A stretch of 64,000 bases of DNA, taken from NCBI GenBank assembly GCA_041483895.1, contig JBGPGO010000007.1:32001-96000 (forward strand), given 5' to 3'. This DNA comes from Fimbriimonadia bacterium. GTDB lineage: Bacteria; Armatimonadota; Fimbriimonadia; Fimbriimonadales; JABRVX01. The notes under the pieces are model-generated. The model was not told the origin of the DNA and searched no databases. It saw nothing but the letters and a program-made list of their open reading frames with translations. Position numbers and translations under genes: made by a program. This document shows, piece by piece, positions 48,275-58,389 of the stretch. How positions within the stretch are numbered: position 1 is the stretch's first letter; each line of letters begins with the position of its first letter.

Positions 48275-49567
48275 CTAGTGAGCTTTCTCCAGAACCGATG
48301 TGAGACCACATCCGGAAAGCCGTTCCAGGGCGACGGCAACGTAGCGCGGCTCGATTTCTATGGCGTAGACTTTCCTGCCAAGCTGCTCACCGGCAACGAT
48401 CTGGCTGCCGCTGCCACAAAACGCCTCGTAACAGACGTCCCCCTTCTTCGTGTGCTGCTCCATGGGGATCGTGAACACGCCGACCGGCTTGACCGTCGGA
48501 TGCTCGATGTCATCTTGGCCATCGCCTCGGTTCGGAAACTCCCAAACGTTCTTCGGGTAGTCGCCCGCGAGGCGCGGAGGTTCATTGCCTTTCACCCAGC
48601 CGAAGGCACACGATTCAGATGCGTTCATGTAGTAGCTGTAGCCGAGCACGGGGCAGTTCTTGATCCAGTGGATGGTCTGATGCCAGAAGGCTCCGAACTC
48701 GTTCCACACGGCTTCCAGCATGGCTTGCCTACGCTGCGCGTGCCATGTGTACCAGGCGGCATTCTTCTCGATTGCGATCTCCACGGCGCATTTGATGAAG
48801 GAGTGGTACAGACTTGAGTTGGCGTCCGCGTCGTCCCAAGAACCGCCATAGGAAGAGGACCAATCTTTGTTTTTCGGCTTCTTCTCGCCGCGATCCACCT
48901 GTTTCTGGTACTCCAGAGAGGAAGGGTGGTTTTGGGCATCGTAGTTGACCAAATACGGCGGATCGGTCGCGAACAATGCCGCCTTCTTCCCGTCCATCAC
49001 ACGCACCACGTGCTCAGGGTTGGTGCAGTCGCCGCAGAGCAAACGGTGCTCACCGATGAACCACAACTGGCCGGGCTTCGTCTTCCACTTCTTCTGAAGC
49101 TCGTCGGCTTTGTCGATCTGGGCGCCGGGATCTTCCACCACCTTCCCGTCTTCCTCGAACAACTTCAGGAGGGCCGCGAGATCGTCATCCGCGTAGCCGG
49201 TTCCAACTAGACCGCCTTCCGACTCCGCCAGTTCCTTCAGGAGCGCAGCCAGCACCTCGTCATCGTTGGTCGCCAAATCGCTGAGGCGGTTATCCGCCAA
49301 AAGGATCCGCCGAGCCTTTTCGTCGTCAACATCAACGTACACCACCGGCAGCTTGTCGATGCCTTTGGCAATGGCAGCCCTGAGGCGATGGTTGCCAGCC
49401 AGCACGTGGCCCATGGAGCGCTGCACGACGAGAGTTCCAACGAATCCGTTGGTCTCAATCGACTCTCCGATCGCATCCACATTCCCCCGCCGAGGATTGT
49501 CAGGATGCTCGGTCAGCTTTACGACCGAAACCAGTTCGTACTTTTCGTTGGTGACCGCATTGTCCAA
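48275..49567 (-). CDS. ParB-N domain fused to N4/N6 DNA methyltransferase (phage type)
   Basis: HPDNPR..VLAGNHRL..LADNR; HRLLCGD, TDPPY, HPTVKP, FCGSGS. Confidence 0.9.
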   Translation of the reverse strand: MDNAVTNEKYELVSVVKLTEHPDNPRRGNVDAIGESIETNGFVGTLVVQRSMGHVLAGNHRLRAAIAKGIDKLPVVYVDVDDEKARRILLADNRLSDLATNDDEVLAALLKELAESEGGLVGTGYADDDLAALLKLFEEDGKVVEDPGAQIDKADELQKKWKTKPGQLWFIGEHRLLCGDCTNPEHVVRVMDGKKAALFATDPPYLVNYDAQNHPSSLEYQKQVDRGEKKPKNKDWSSSYGGSWDDADANSSLYHSFIKCAVEIAIEKNAAWYTWHAQRRQAMLEAVWNEFGAFWHQTIHWIKNCPVLGYSYYMNASESCAFGWVKGNEPPRLAGDYPKNVWEFPNRGDGQDDIEHPTVKPVGVFTIPMEQHTKKGDVCYEAFCGSGSQIVAGEQLGRKVYAIEIEPRYVAVALERLSGCGLTSVLEKAH

Positions 49568-49697
49568 CTCGCCTCGGGACTTGCTCTACGGTTTAGCGAT
49601 GCACTTCCTGCCTTTTCGGCTCTGGTACTTCGCGAGCGAAACCCACATAATGAAGCGGTGAACCTTCACCGAATCAGTTCGCGAGTACCACTGACTG

Positions 49698-49793
49698 GGA
49701 GCCAGCTGTTTTTGAACCTAGTTGTAATCTTCCATCACTCCTCTTGACGGCCACATTGACGGCCATTGACACTCATTTTGACACGCACCCAGA
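49698..49793 (+). repeat. Degenerate right att end with arm-type repeats
   Basis: GGAGCCA (tRNA 3' end) followed by a flank similar to the reverse complement of 29437-29532, with the same 61-nt gap to an identical 28-bp TTGACAC repeat. Confidence 0.75.
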
Positions 49794-50097
49794 GATCTTC
49801 CCGTCTACCGCAAAATGCTGAATCGTGATGAGATGAATGCTATGGTCGAGTTCGTTGCCCTCATCCCATCCTCAATATCTCCGCCGCCTCGCAGATGCAG
49901 GGCAATCTGAGCGCCGCCGTCCCCGGGTGGTTCATCGGCCGGCCAGAAAAGGCGCCGGCCCCATTACCAAGCTGGGGAAATCGCGGGCCAGTATTCTTAC
50001 CGTGTAGATTCTAACTACAGGTGGGGAATTGCATCTTATGACTCAATACGGCCACAATGAGTGATACTGTGCCTGATTGCACCGAGGGGAACCTACT

Positions 50098-51882
50098 ATG
50101 AAACACGGACCTGCCGAGCGTTCCATTTGGCTAACCGGTGAATCGGGAGAGGGCATTGTCAGCCTCGGGGAGCTCGTCTCTAAAGGCGCTGTCAAACTCG
50201 GACTCCAGATATTCACCTATCGGACCTTTCCCGCCGAGATTAAGGGCGGATCGGTCCTCTACAAATTGCGAACCGGCAAGGGAGCGCAGCTTTTGAGCTG
50301 CGGCGAGAAGCCGGATATCTTTGTGGCTTTGAATCAAGAGGGTTACGACCTATATTCATCGGCGCTTGCAGACGACGGCCTTCTTGTCTACGATAGCGAC
50401 GGGGTGGAAATCCAAGAGCAGCCGGGCATACGCACGATCGGCATCCCGTTTACCACGATCGCGAAAAAAGACCTCGCTTTCCCTCTTGCAAAGAACATGG
50501 TCTGCTTCGGTTCCGTCTGGACCGCGCTCGGCGGACCCCCAGAGGCCGGCGAAACCTACGTTCGCAACCAGTTCGAGCGGAAGGGCGAAGAGATCGTCGC
50601 GACCAACATCAAAGCGTTCCAAATGGGCCGCGAACGGGTATTGGCAGGCATGGGGGTGGAGGTAGAGCCGCTGCCCGTGGGCGAACCTCTCAATGCCATC
50701 CTGATCAACGGCAACCAGGCGGTGTCGGTCGGCGCGCTGGCGGCTGGGCTGAAGTTTTTCGCCGGTTATCCCATCACTCCGTCCTCAGAAATCATGGAGA
50801 CGCTCGCCAAGGACCTGCCGAACTTCGGCGGTCGAATGGTGCAGGCAGAGGATGAGATGGCCGCGATCGGCATGTGCCTCGGAGCCTCCTATTCCGGCGC
50901 AAAGAGCATGACGGCGACCTCCGGCCCCGGACTTTCATTGATGGTCGAACAACTCAATCTGGCGGGGGTGGCGGAGATCCCGGTCGTTGTTGTCGATGTT
51001 CAGCGAGGCGGAGCGAGCACCGGAATGCCGACGAAGACCTCGCAGGGCGACCTCAATATTGCCGCGCTAGGCATGCATAATGAATCGCCACGGGTCGTGA
51101 TCGCTCCGATCAGCGTGGAAGACTGTTTCTACACCACCATCCACGCTTTCAACATCGCGGAGCGCTACCAAATGCCGGTACTGATTCTTTCCGAGCAAGC
51201 TCTTTCGGCTTCCGAAGTAACTGTTCCGCCGTTCGATCTGAAACGGATTCCATTGTGGGATCGGGTTGTAGATTATGAGGAACAGCCCGCAAATTCTGGA
51301 ATCGACGCGGACGATGGGTCCGATTGGTTCTTGCGATACCAGGACACGTCTACTGGGATTTCGCCGATGCCACTGCCCGGAACTCCGAAACACCAATACA
51401 CGTCAACCGGGTTGGAGCACAACGAGCGCGGAGACCCGATCTATGACCCCGATGGCGCGAATAAAATGGCCTCCAAGCGATTCCGGAAGATAGAACATTT
51501 TGTGGATAATTACATTGAGGACTTCATAGAGTATTTCGGAGACGAGGGCGAGGTAGAAATTGGTATCATCGGATGGGGATCCAATGTTGAGGCGATACGC
51601 GAGGGAATGGAACTCGCCGCCGAAAAGGGGATCAGCACGGCGCTGATCGCACCGCGAATATTGTGGCCCGTCCCTGTCAACGCCATGAAGCGATTCGCGA
51701 AGCGCGCCGGTCGAATCGTATGTATAGAGAACAATCACAGCGGACAGTTTGCGCACTTGGTCCGATCAAGGACGGGTATAGGCATCGTGTCTCGCACGCG
51801 CGACAGCGGCCTGCCCTTTGAGCCAAGTACCGTGTTACAACAAATCCTGAATGTGCGCGAGGAGAGTGTGGCCCATGTCTGA
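50098..51882 (+). CDS. korA: 2-oxoacid:ferredoxin oxidoreductase alpha subunit (gamma-alpha fusion)
   Basis: GESGEGI, FPAEIKGG, AGYPITPSSE, QAEDE, TATSGPG, QRGGASTGMPT. Confidence 0.93.
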   Translation: MKHGPAERSIWLTGESGEGIVSLGELVSKGAVKLGLQIFTYRTFPAEIKGGSVLYKLRTGKGAQLLSCGEKPDIFVALNQEGYDLYSSALADDGLLVYDSDGVEIQEQPGIRTIGIPFTTIAKKDLAFPLAKNMVCFGSVWTALGGPPEAGETYVRNQFERKGEEIVATNIKAFQMGRERVLAGMGVEVEPLPVGEPLNAILINGNQAVSVGALAAGLKFFAGYPITPSSEIMETLAKDLPNFGGRMVQAEDEMAAIGMCLGASYSGAKSMTATSGPGLSLMVEQLNLAGVAEIPVVVVDVQRGGASTGMPTKTSQGDLNIAALGMHNESPRVVIAPISVEDCFYTTIHAFNIAERYQMPVLILSEQALSASEVTVPPFDLKRIPLWDRVVDYEEQPANSGIDADDGSDWFLRYQDTSTGISPMPLPGTPKHQYTSTGLEHNERGDPIYDPDGANKMASKRFRKIEHFVDNYIEDFIEYFGDEGEVEIGIIGWGSNVEAIREGMELAAEKGISTALIAPRILWPVPVNAMKRFAKRAGRIVCIENNHSGQFAHLVRSRTGIGIVSRTRDSGLPFEPSTVLQQILNVREESVAHV

Positions 51883-52747
51883 CAATTTAAACACAGACCC
51901 GCAGGTGGAACGTGGGGCGAAAGATTATCGCACGGATCTGAAACCGATCTGGTGCGCCGGTTGCGGAGACTACGGTGTGGTCAACGCCGTTGTCAAGGCG
52001 TTCATGAAACTGCAAATCGACCCTGAAAAGACCGTCATGGTCGGGGGAATCGGCTGTTCCAGCCGCCTGCCGCTGTTCGTCGCCACCTATGGTTTTCACG
52101 GCGTCCACGGACGCACGCTACCAATCGCGACGGGCGTGAAGGTCGCTCGGCCGGAACTCACCGTTGTCGCTGTCAGCGGGGACGGCGATGGGTACTCGAT
52201 CGGCGCGGGCCATCTGCCCCACGCATGCCGGCGGAACGCGAACATCACCTACATCGTGATGGACAACGCAATCTACGGGCTTACGAAGGGCCAAACTTCG
52301 CCGACGAGCGCACGGAACTTCCTGACGAAATCCACTCCCGAAGGCGCGCTGGAAAACCCGGTGGAGCCGCTGTCGCTGGCGCTTGTCATGGGCGCGACGT
52401 TCGTCGCGCGCGGCTTTTCGAGCCGGCCCAACGAGTTGGCCGACATGATCGCGGAAGGCATTGACCACAAGGGCTTTTCTTGGATCGACGTGTTCAGTCC
52501 CTGCCCGACATTCAACCGGGTCAACACGTTCGACTTCTACAAGGAACGGGTGCAGCCGCTTCCGGACGATCACGACCGGACGGACAAGCTGCATGCATTG
52601 AGCCTGGCCGATGTGGAAGACCCGTATTACTTGGGGGTCTTCTACAAGGTGGACAAGCCTACCTTCGAAGAGGGTATTGATGAGCGAGTCAAGGAACACA
52701 CGGCACAAGGCGTTACACTTGACAAGCTCTTAACTCGATACGCCTAA
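51875..52747 (+). CDS. korB: 2-oxoacid:ferredoxin oxidoreductase beta subunit
   Basis: WCAGCGD, GIGCSS, HGVHGR, TPP motif GDGD..MDNAIYGLTKGQ. Confidence 0.95.
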   Translation: MSDNLNTDPQVERGAKDYRTDLKPIWCAGCGDYGVVNAVVKAFMKLQIDPEKTVMVGGIGCSSRLPLFVATYGFHGVHGRTLPIATGVKVARPELTVVAVSGDGDGYSIGAGHLPHACRRNANITYIVMDNAIYGLTKGQTSPTSARNFLTKSTPEGALENPVEPLSLALVMGATFVARGFSSRPNELADMIAEGIDHKGFSWIDVFSPCPTFNRVNTFDFYKERVQPLPDDHDRTDKLHALSLADVEDPYYLGVFYKVDKPTFEEGIDERVKEHTAQGVTLDKLLTRYA

Positions 52748-54159
52748 TGCAGAGCCGCTCCGACTTGGCGGGCCAGCTCGATCCATGGCAACGGGTATAG
52801 GCCGATCACTGCCGTCATCAGAACACAGATTCCAATAGACAGAGACAGCGGGCGAGATACGGTGATCTCCTGGGCTCCTTCCGGCGGCGCGTGGATGTAC
52901 ATGCGCTTTGCGACCACCAGATAGTAATAGAGCGACACCGTACTGGCGATTGCGCCCAGCAGCACCAACCCCCATAACCCGGACTCCATTCCCGCCATGA
53001 ACAGATACCACTTGCCCACGAAACCCGCGAGCGGTGGAATGCCGGCCAGTGAAAGCAGGAAGATCAGGAACGCGAATGCCAATTTTGGCGCGCGGCGGCT
53101 AAGACCGTCGTAGCTAGCGAGCGAATGATCTTCATTGCGCTCCGATACCGAGTAGACGCAGAGGAAGGCGCCCACGTTGGCGAAAGCGTAGAGCAGCAGG
53201 TAGATCGCCACCGCCGTCGTGCCAAGCTGCGTTCCCGCGGCAACGGCGATCAAAATGAATCCGGCGTGCGCGATCCCGGAATAGGCCAGCAGCCTCTTGA
53301 CGTTTGTCTGGACAAGGGCGACCAGGTTTCCCAAGATCAACGTGATGGCCGCCAGCGCGACGATGAGATTGACCCAGCTTGACGACGCCAGTCCGGCGCC
53401 CATGATCAACCAACGCATCAGCGCGACGAATCCGGCTGCCTTCGAGGCGGTGGACAGGAAAGCGGTCACGGGACTTGGCGCGCCCTCATACACGTCCGGC
53501 GCCCACAAATGGAACGGTGCGGCGGCGATCTTGAAGCCGAATGCGCCGATCACAAGCACAACGCCCGCCCATGCGTACGCGGGGACGCTGGTTGCCAGCA
53601 TTCGGTGCAAGGCGTCGTAGCTCGTGGTGCCAACCGCGCCATAGACCCAACTTGCTCCGAAGAGGAGAACCGCCGATGCGGTGCCGGCAGCAGCCAGGAA
53701 TTTGAATGAGGCCTCACCGGAGCGTCGCCGCGACTTGTCGTAGCCAGCCAGGACAAACAGCGGAATCGTGGACAGCTCCAGGCTCAGATAGAGCATCAGC
53801 AGATTGCCCGAGGTCACCATGAACATCATTCCCACGGAGGAAAGCAGCGTGAGCGCGAAGAACTCGCCGCCGTATTTATCGTCGGCCGCAGCAAGGCAGA
53901 CGAGCAGCGCGACCAGCGCGAACAGCGCGCAGAAGAATGCGGAATAGGCGTCCCAAACGAACATGCCGTTCCAAAGGCTGCCCCATCGGTTGGAGGTCGC
54001 GCACAGATAGACAACAACCGCGCAGCCGAGGGCGCTGAGCCATGCGGCGACAGGCAACTTTCCCCGCCGTTCTCCCTGAACCATCTGCGCGATCAGCGGC
54101 ACGAAGCCGAGGCAGGCCATGACAATGTGCGGTCTGAGAAGCCACCAATCTGCGTGCAT
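52744..54159 (-). CDS. nuoN: NADH-quinone oxidoreductase subunit N
   Basis: FKIAAAPFHLWAPDVYEGAP, KRLLAYSGIAHAG, SLAGIPPLAGF. Confidence 0.95.
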   Translation of the reverse strand: MHADWWLLRPHIVMACLGFVPLIAQMVQGERRGKLPVAAWLSALGCAVVVYLCATSNRWGSLWNGMFVWDAYSAFFCALFALVALLVCLAAADDKYGGEFFALTLLSSVGMMFMVTSGNLLMLYLSLELSTIPLFVLAGYDKSRRRSGEASFKFLAAAGTASAVLLFGASWVYGAVGTTSYDALHRMLATSVPAYAWAGVVLVIGAFGFKIAAAPFHLWAPDVYEGAPSPVTAFLSTASKAAGFVALMRWLIMGAGLASSSWVNLIVALAAITLILGNLVALVQTNVKRLLAYSGIAHAGFILIAVAAGTQLGTTAVAIYLLLYAFANVGAFLCVYSVSERNEDHSLASYDGLSRRAPKLAFAFLIFLLSLAGIPPLAGFVGKWYLFMAGMESGLWGLVLLGAIASTVSLYYYLVVAKRMYIHAPPEGAQEITVSRPLSLSIGICVLMTAVIGLYPLPWIELARQVGAALH

Positions 54160-54160
54160 A

Positions 54161-55636
54161 TTAGAAACCCACCCCCAGGTTCTTGAGTCCGAAGCTGATA
54201 AGGTCAATGAGCGGCTTTGGGTAGAGGCCCACGACAATCAGGATCGCCGCCAACGCCGTCAATGCCACCCACTCCGGGCCCTTCGCATCCCCGATGTCCG
54301 AATACTTGTCGTTGCGCGGACCGAAGAACACCTTTTGCACCACGCGCAACACATACACCGCAGTAATGACAATGCCGGCCGCCGCAATGGACGTAACCAC
54401 CGGGTGGGATGCGAACGTGCCAAAGAACACAAGAAATTCCGCGATGAAGCCGCTGGTCGCCGGGAGACCGAACGAGGCAAAGCCACCTACGATGAATGCG
54501 ATCGCGATACCCGGCATGATCGTGGCCAGACCGCCCATTGCCGTGATGTCGCGCGTGTGTGTTTTCTCATATACTAACCCGACCAGGGCGAAGAACAGGC
54601 CCGTCATGATCCCATGCGAGAACATCTGCATCACCGCGCCGTTCATGCCGATCGCAGTGAGGCCCCCGATTCCGAGCATCACCACTCCCATATGGCTGAC
54701 GCTGGAATAGGCGATCACATATTTCAGGTCCTTCTGACCCATCGCGGAGAACGCGCCGTATACGATATTGATTGCGGCGATCACACAGACGAATATCATC
54801 ATGTCCGGAGCGGCATGCGGGAACATGCCGATGCAGGTTCGAATGATTCCGTAGGCGCCAAGCTTCATCAGGACGCCGGCGTGCAGCATGGAAACGGCGG
54901 TCGGGGCAGAAGCATGGCCGTCCGGCGACCAGGTATGGAACGGCCAGATGCCGGCCAAGACGCCGAACCCAAGATAGAAGCAAAGGAACAACAGGCGCTG
55001 CAGGTTCGCGGCAATTTGGGATCCGCCTTCGCTAAGCTGGACCAAGTTGAAACTGTGCCGCGGATCAAAATGATAGACGGCGAGGATGCCGGTCAGAATC
55101 AGCGCGCTGCCCAGCATCAGATAGAGGGTCAGCTTCATCGCCGAATATTCTTTCTTGCCGGTTCCCCATACGCCGATCAGGAGATACATCGGCAAGACCG
55201 CGATTTCGTAGAACAGGAACAGGAAGAACAGATCGAGGCTGCAGAAGACGCCGAATACCCCGGTTACCAGGAACAGAAGAAGCGTCAGAAATTCCTTGGA
55301 TCGATTTTCGAGCGTCCACGAAGCGAACACGCCAGTTGTGATGATGATGGCGGTAAGGAGGATCATCGCGATGCTGATCCCATCGGCGCCCAAATGCGCG
55401 TCGATGGAGGTGAAGGGGAGCCAGGGGTATCGCTCTTGGAACTGGAATCCGCCTCTTGAGCCATCATATTGCAAGCACAACGTTATCGATGTGACGAGAG
55501 TGATGATTCCGGCGGATAATGCGATGACGCGGGCCGCGGTCTTTCGCTCCGGCGGCACCATAAGCAACGTGATACACGCGATAAAAGGCGCTAGGCAGGT
55601 GATAGAAAGCAGGTGGCTCGTGAAGAACTCGATCAT
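54161..55636 (-). CDS. nuoM: NADH-quinone oxidoreductase subunit M
   Basis: PFHTWSPDGH, LMKLGAYG, IAYSSVSHMG. Confidence 0.95.
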   Translation of the reverse strand: MIEFFTSHLLSITCLAPFIACITLLMVPPERKTAARVIALSAGIITLVTSITLCLQYDGSRGGFQFQERYPWLPFTSIDAHLGADGISIAMILLTAIIITTGVFASWTLENRSKEFLTLLLFLVTGVFGVFCSLDLFFLFLFYEIAVLPMYLLIGVWGTGKKEYSAMKLTLYLMLGSALILTGILAVYHFDPRHSFNLVQLSEGGSQIAANLQRLLFLCFYLGFGVLAGIWPFHTWSPDGHASAPTAVSMLHAGVLMKLGAYGIIRTCIGMFPHAAPDMMIFVCVIAAINIVYGAFSAMGQKDLKYVIAYSSVSHMGVVMLGIGGLTAIGMNGAVMQMFSHGIMTGLFFALVGLVYEKTHTRDITAMGGLATIMPGIAIAFIVGGFASFGLPATSGFIAEFLVFFGTFASHPVVTSIAAAGIVITAVYVLRVVQKVFFGPRNDKYSDIGDAKGPEWVALTALAAILIVVGLYPKPLIDLISFGLKNLGVGF

Positions 55637-57531
55637 CTCACCCCCACCCAAAGGGCCTCGGGCCGATCGTGCAATTGGAAGATCCATGTCGCCGCCACCG
55701 CACCGAGGACAATTATTGCGATGTAAAACTGCGGTTGGCCGCTTGTCGCGAGCCGGAAAATGCTGCCCAGCGTTCCGCAAATCGCCGCCGTCAGGTTGAC
55801 CATGCCGTCCACCACGTTTCGGTCCACCCAAGCGACAATTCCCGCGAACAGCAGCGACACCCTGGCCACGCCACGCTCATACAGATCATCCCACCACCAT
55901 TTATTGGCAAACAGCGAATAGACAGGCGCCGGCAGCTTTCGCACCGGATCGGCGTCGGTATACCGTCGATACATCCCGATGGCCACCCCGATGCCAAGTA
56001 GGGCAATTGCCAAACTGCCCGCCGCCACCGCAATCGAGAATGCCGGCGGTGTATGGGAAGGAGTTAGAAATTCGGCAAGAGTTTCTCGACCAGGCAGGTT
56101 GATCGCGCCCGCGATCACCGCGAGGATGGCGAGTATGATCAATGGCAGTGTCATGATCGCGGGCGATTCGTGCGCATGCTCCGCGTTTTGCGTACGGGCC
56201 GTGCCACCGAACGTCATGAACCAAAGCCGGAACATATAGAAGGCGGTCAGCCCGGCAACCAGAACGCCGACGCCGAACAAGACCGGGCTCTTGTGCATTG
56301 AGTTGAGCAGTATTTCATCCTTGCTCCAGAAGCCGGAAAGCGGAAAGATGCCCGCGAGGGCAAGCGCGCCGATCAACGTGGTGATCGACGTAATCGGCAT
56401 CTTGCGATGCAGCCCGCCGAGATGCCTCATGTCCTGCGTCTCGTGCGTCGCATGGATGACGCTTCCTGCAGTCAAAAACAGAAGCGCTTTGAAGAAGGCG
56501 TGTGTGCCAAGGTGGAATATGCTGACCGTGACCCCGCCGAGGCCTAGCCCCAGCATCATATATCCAAGTTGACTGATCGTCGAATAGGCGAGGACGCGTT
56601 TGATATCATATTGGACCAGCGCGATGGTTGCGGCCATCAACGCCGTGAAACCTCCCACGATGGCGACCACGTTGAGAGCGACGGGCGATGCCTCATAGAG
56701 GAAATAGAGTCGCGCGACCAAGAACACACCCGCGGCAACCATGGTCGCTGCATGGATCAGCGCCGATACCGGCGTGGGACCCTCCATCGCGTCGGGCAGC
56801 CATACGTGCAGCGGGAACTGCGCGCTCTTCCCCGCCGCTCCGATGAAGATCAGAATGGCGACGGTGGTAAGGAAGGTCGGCAGGGCCCAGAACAGCGGTT
56901 GGAGCGTCCCAGATTCGATCAATTGCCGAATGGCCGCGAGATCAAAGGTCTTTGCCGCCGTGCCGAGGAATACGATGCCGAGCAGCAAGCCCAGGTCGCC
57001 GAAACGAGTGACGATGAACGCCTTTTTCGCCGCGTTTGCCGCCGATGGCTTACGGAACCAGAAGCCAATCAGCAAGTAGGAACAGATGCCGACCAATTCC
57101 CAGAAAATGTAGATCAGCATCAGGTTGTCGGCGATGACGAGCCCCATCATCGCCGCCACGAACATACCCATAAAGACGAAGTACCGGGCGAACCCAGGAT
57201 CGTCTTGCATGTAGCCCATCGAATACAAGATCACGAGGAAGCTGACCGACGACACCACGATCATCATCGTCGCGCTGAGGGGATCGAGTATCGCGCCGGT
57301 GTTGATCGAGAAAGACCCGATTTGGATCCACGTTGTCGCCATGTGAGCGGGGCCGTGCGTCAAGAGTGTCTGAAGCGCCATCAGCGAAAGGACGACATTG
57401 GCGCCGGAGGCAAAAACGACCAGCATCGCCGATACGGGACCATTGGATCGCCGCGGCAGAAACAGGATCGCCGTCAGCAGAGCGGCCAGCGCGGGCAGCG
57501 CCGGGAGGATGCCTATTGCCGTAAACATCAC
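55633..57531 (-). CDS. nuoL: NADH-quinone oxidoreductase subunit L
   Basis: GKSAQFPLHVWLPDAMEGPTPVSALIHAATMV. Confidence 0.97.
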   Translation of the reverse strand: MMFTAIGILPALPALAALLTAILFLPRRSNGPVSAMLVVFASGANVVLSLMALQTLLTHGPAHMATTWIQIGSFSINTGAILDPLSATMMIVVSSVSFLVILYSMGYMQDDPGFARYFVFMGMFVAAMMGLVIADNLMLIYIFWELVGICSYLLIGFWFRKPSAANAAKKAFIVTRFGDLGLLLGIVFLGTAAKTFDLAAIRQLIESGTLQPLFWALPTFLTTVAILIFIGAAGKSAQFPLHVWLPDAMEGPTPVSALIHAATMVAAGVFLVARLYFLYEASPVALNVVAIVGGFTALMAATIALVQYDIKRVLAYSTISQLGYMMLGLGLGGVTVSIFHLGTHAFFKALLFLTAGSVIHATHETQDMRHLGGLHRKMPITSITTLIGALALAGIFPLSGFWSKDEILLNSMHKSPVLFGVGVLVAGLTAFYMFRLWFMTFGGTARTQNAEHAHESPAIMTLPLIILAILAVIAGAINLPGRETLAEFLTPSHTPPAFSIAVAAGSLAIALLGIGVAIGMYRRYTDADPVRKLPAPVYSLFANKWWWDDLYERGVARVSLLFAGIVAWVDRNVVDGMVNLTAAICGTLGSIFRLATSGQPQFYIAIIVLGAVAATWIFQLHDRPEALWVGVR

Positions 57532-57851
57532 TACCCTCTCATCCTATCCAGCTCATCCAAATCGACGCTGCGGATCTGCCGGAAGATATTCAGGATGATC
57601 GCGAGGGCAACGGCCGCCTCGCACGCCGCTACGAGAATGATGATTGCCACAAAGACCGGGGCTTCGAGACTGTCACTCCACTTATACCGCCAGAAGGACA
57701 GCAGATTGATGTTGGCCGCAGCCAGCATCAACTCAAGCCCGAACAGCACGGCAATCGTGTTTCGACGCGAGATTACGCCGTAGAGTCCGATGCTAAACAG
57801 GCACGTCGCCGCGATCAGCCAGTGCTGGAGCGGTATCGCCTCCATGACCAT
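57531..57851 (-). CDS. nuoK: NADH-quinone oxidoreductase subunit K
   Basis: LFSIGLYG..RRN..ELML, VAACEAAVALA. Confidence 0.95.
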   Translation of the reverse strand: MVMEAIPLQHWLIAATCLFSIGLYGVISRRNTIAVLFGLELMLAAANINLLSFWRYKWSDSLEAPVFVAIIILVAACEAAVALAIILNIFRQIRSVDLDELDRMRG

Positions 57852-58389
57852 TCTCCTCCATGAGTAGTTCTTTTGATGGGGCGGTTATGCTCCGCCTCTT
57901 TTCCGAGTGGGCCAGGTACACGGCCCCGATCAGCGCGGCGACCAACAACAGCGAAGCGACTTCAAACGGCAGCACGTAGTCGGCCAGAAACGCATTTCCG
58001 ATCGCCTGCGTGATGTCCTCCGACACTCGCGGAATTCGCTCCGGCTGCGCAACCCCCGCAATCCTCGGCAGTGCGAGAATCAGGAACGCGACCGCGGTCG
58101 CAAGCCCGAGGGGCCAGAGGCGGCCCTGCTCCGTTCGCCGCTCGTCCATCACCTCACGGGTCAGCATAAGCACGAACAGGATCAGAATCGGTACCGCGCC
58201 CGCGTAGATCAGCAGTTGGATGACGAACAGCAGGGGGTTGTCGAGCAGCAGGAACAGGCAGGCGACGCCGAGAAAGCAGGGCATCAGCCAGAACCCCGAC
58301 CGTACCAGATTCTTCGACCCAACGACCAACAGGCCGGTGATTAAGACCTCCGCGACCAGGCCGTAGAAGAGAAAGATTTCCGACGTCAT
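57793..58389 (-). CDS. nuoJ: NADH-quinone oxidoreductase subunit J
   Basis: QLLIYAGAV, YVLPFEVASLLLVAALIGA. Confidence 0.93.
   Translation of the reverse strand: MTSEIFLFYGLVAEVLITGLLVVGSKNLVRSGFWLMPCFLGVACLFLLLDNPLLFVIQLLIYAGAVPILILFVLMLTREVMDERRTEQGRLWPLGLATAVAFLILALPRIAGVAQPERIPRVSEDITQAIGNAFLADYVLPFEVASLLLVAALIGAVYLAHSEKRRSITAPSKELLMEENGHGGDTAPALADRGDVPV

Larger units (their letters stand above)
2183..49793. mobile_element. Composite tRNA-Asn-integrated genomic island
   Basis: Integrase next to tRNA; tRNA 3'-end copies at 29526-29570 (inverted) and 49698-49704 (remnant with homologous flank); TGACAC tandem repeats; accessory and decayed cargo; housekeeping genes resume at 50098. Confidence 0.8.

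Noticed and set aside
50004..50020. TGTAG-N7-CTACA palindrome upstream of korA
   Set aside because: Single short occurrence that cannot be assigned to a regulator
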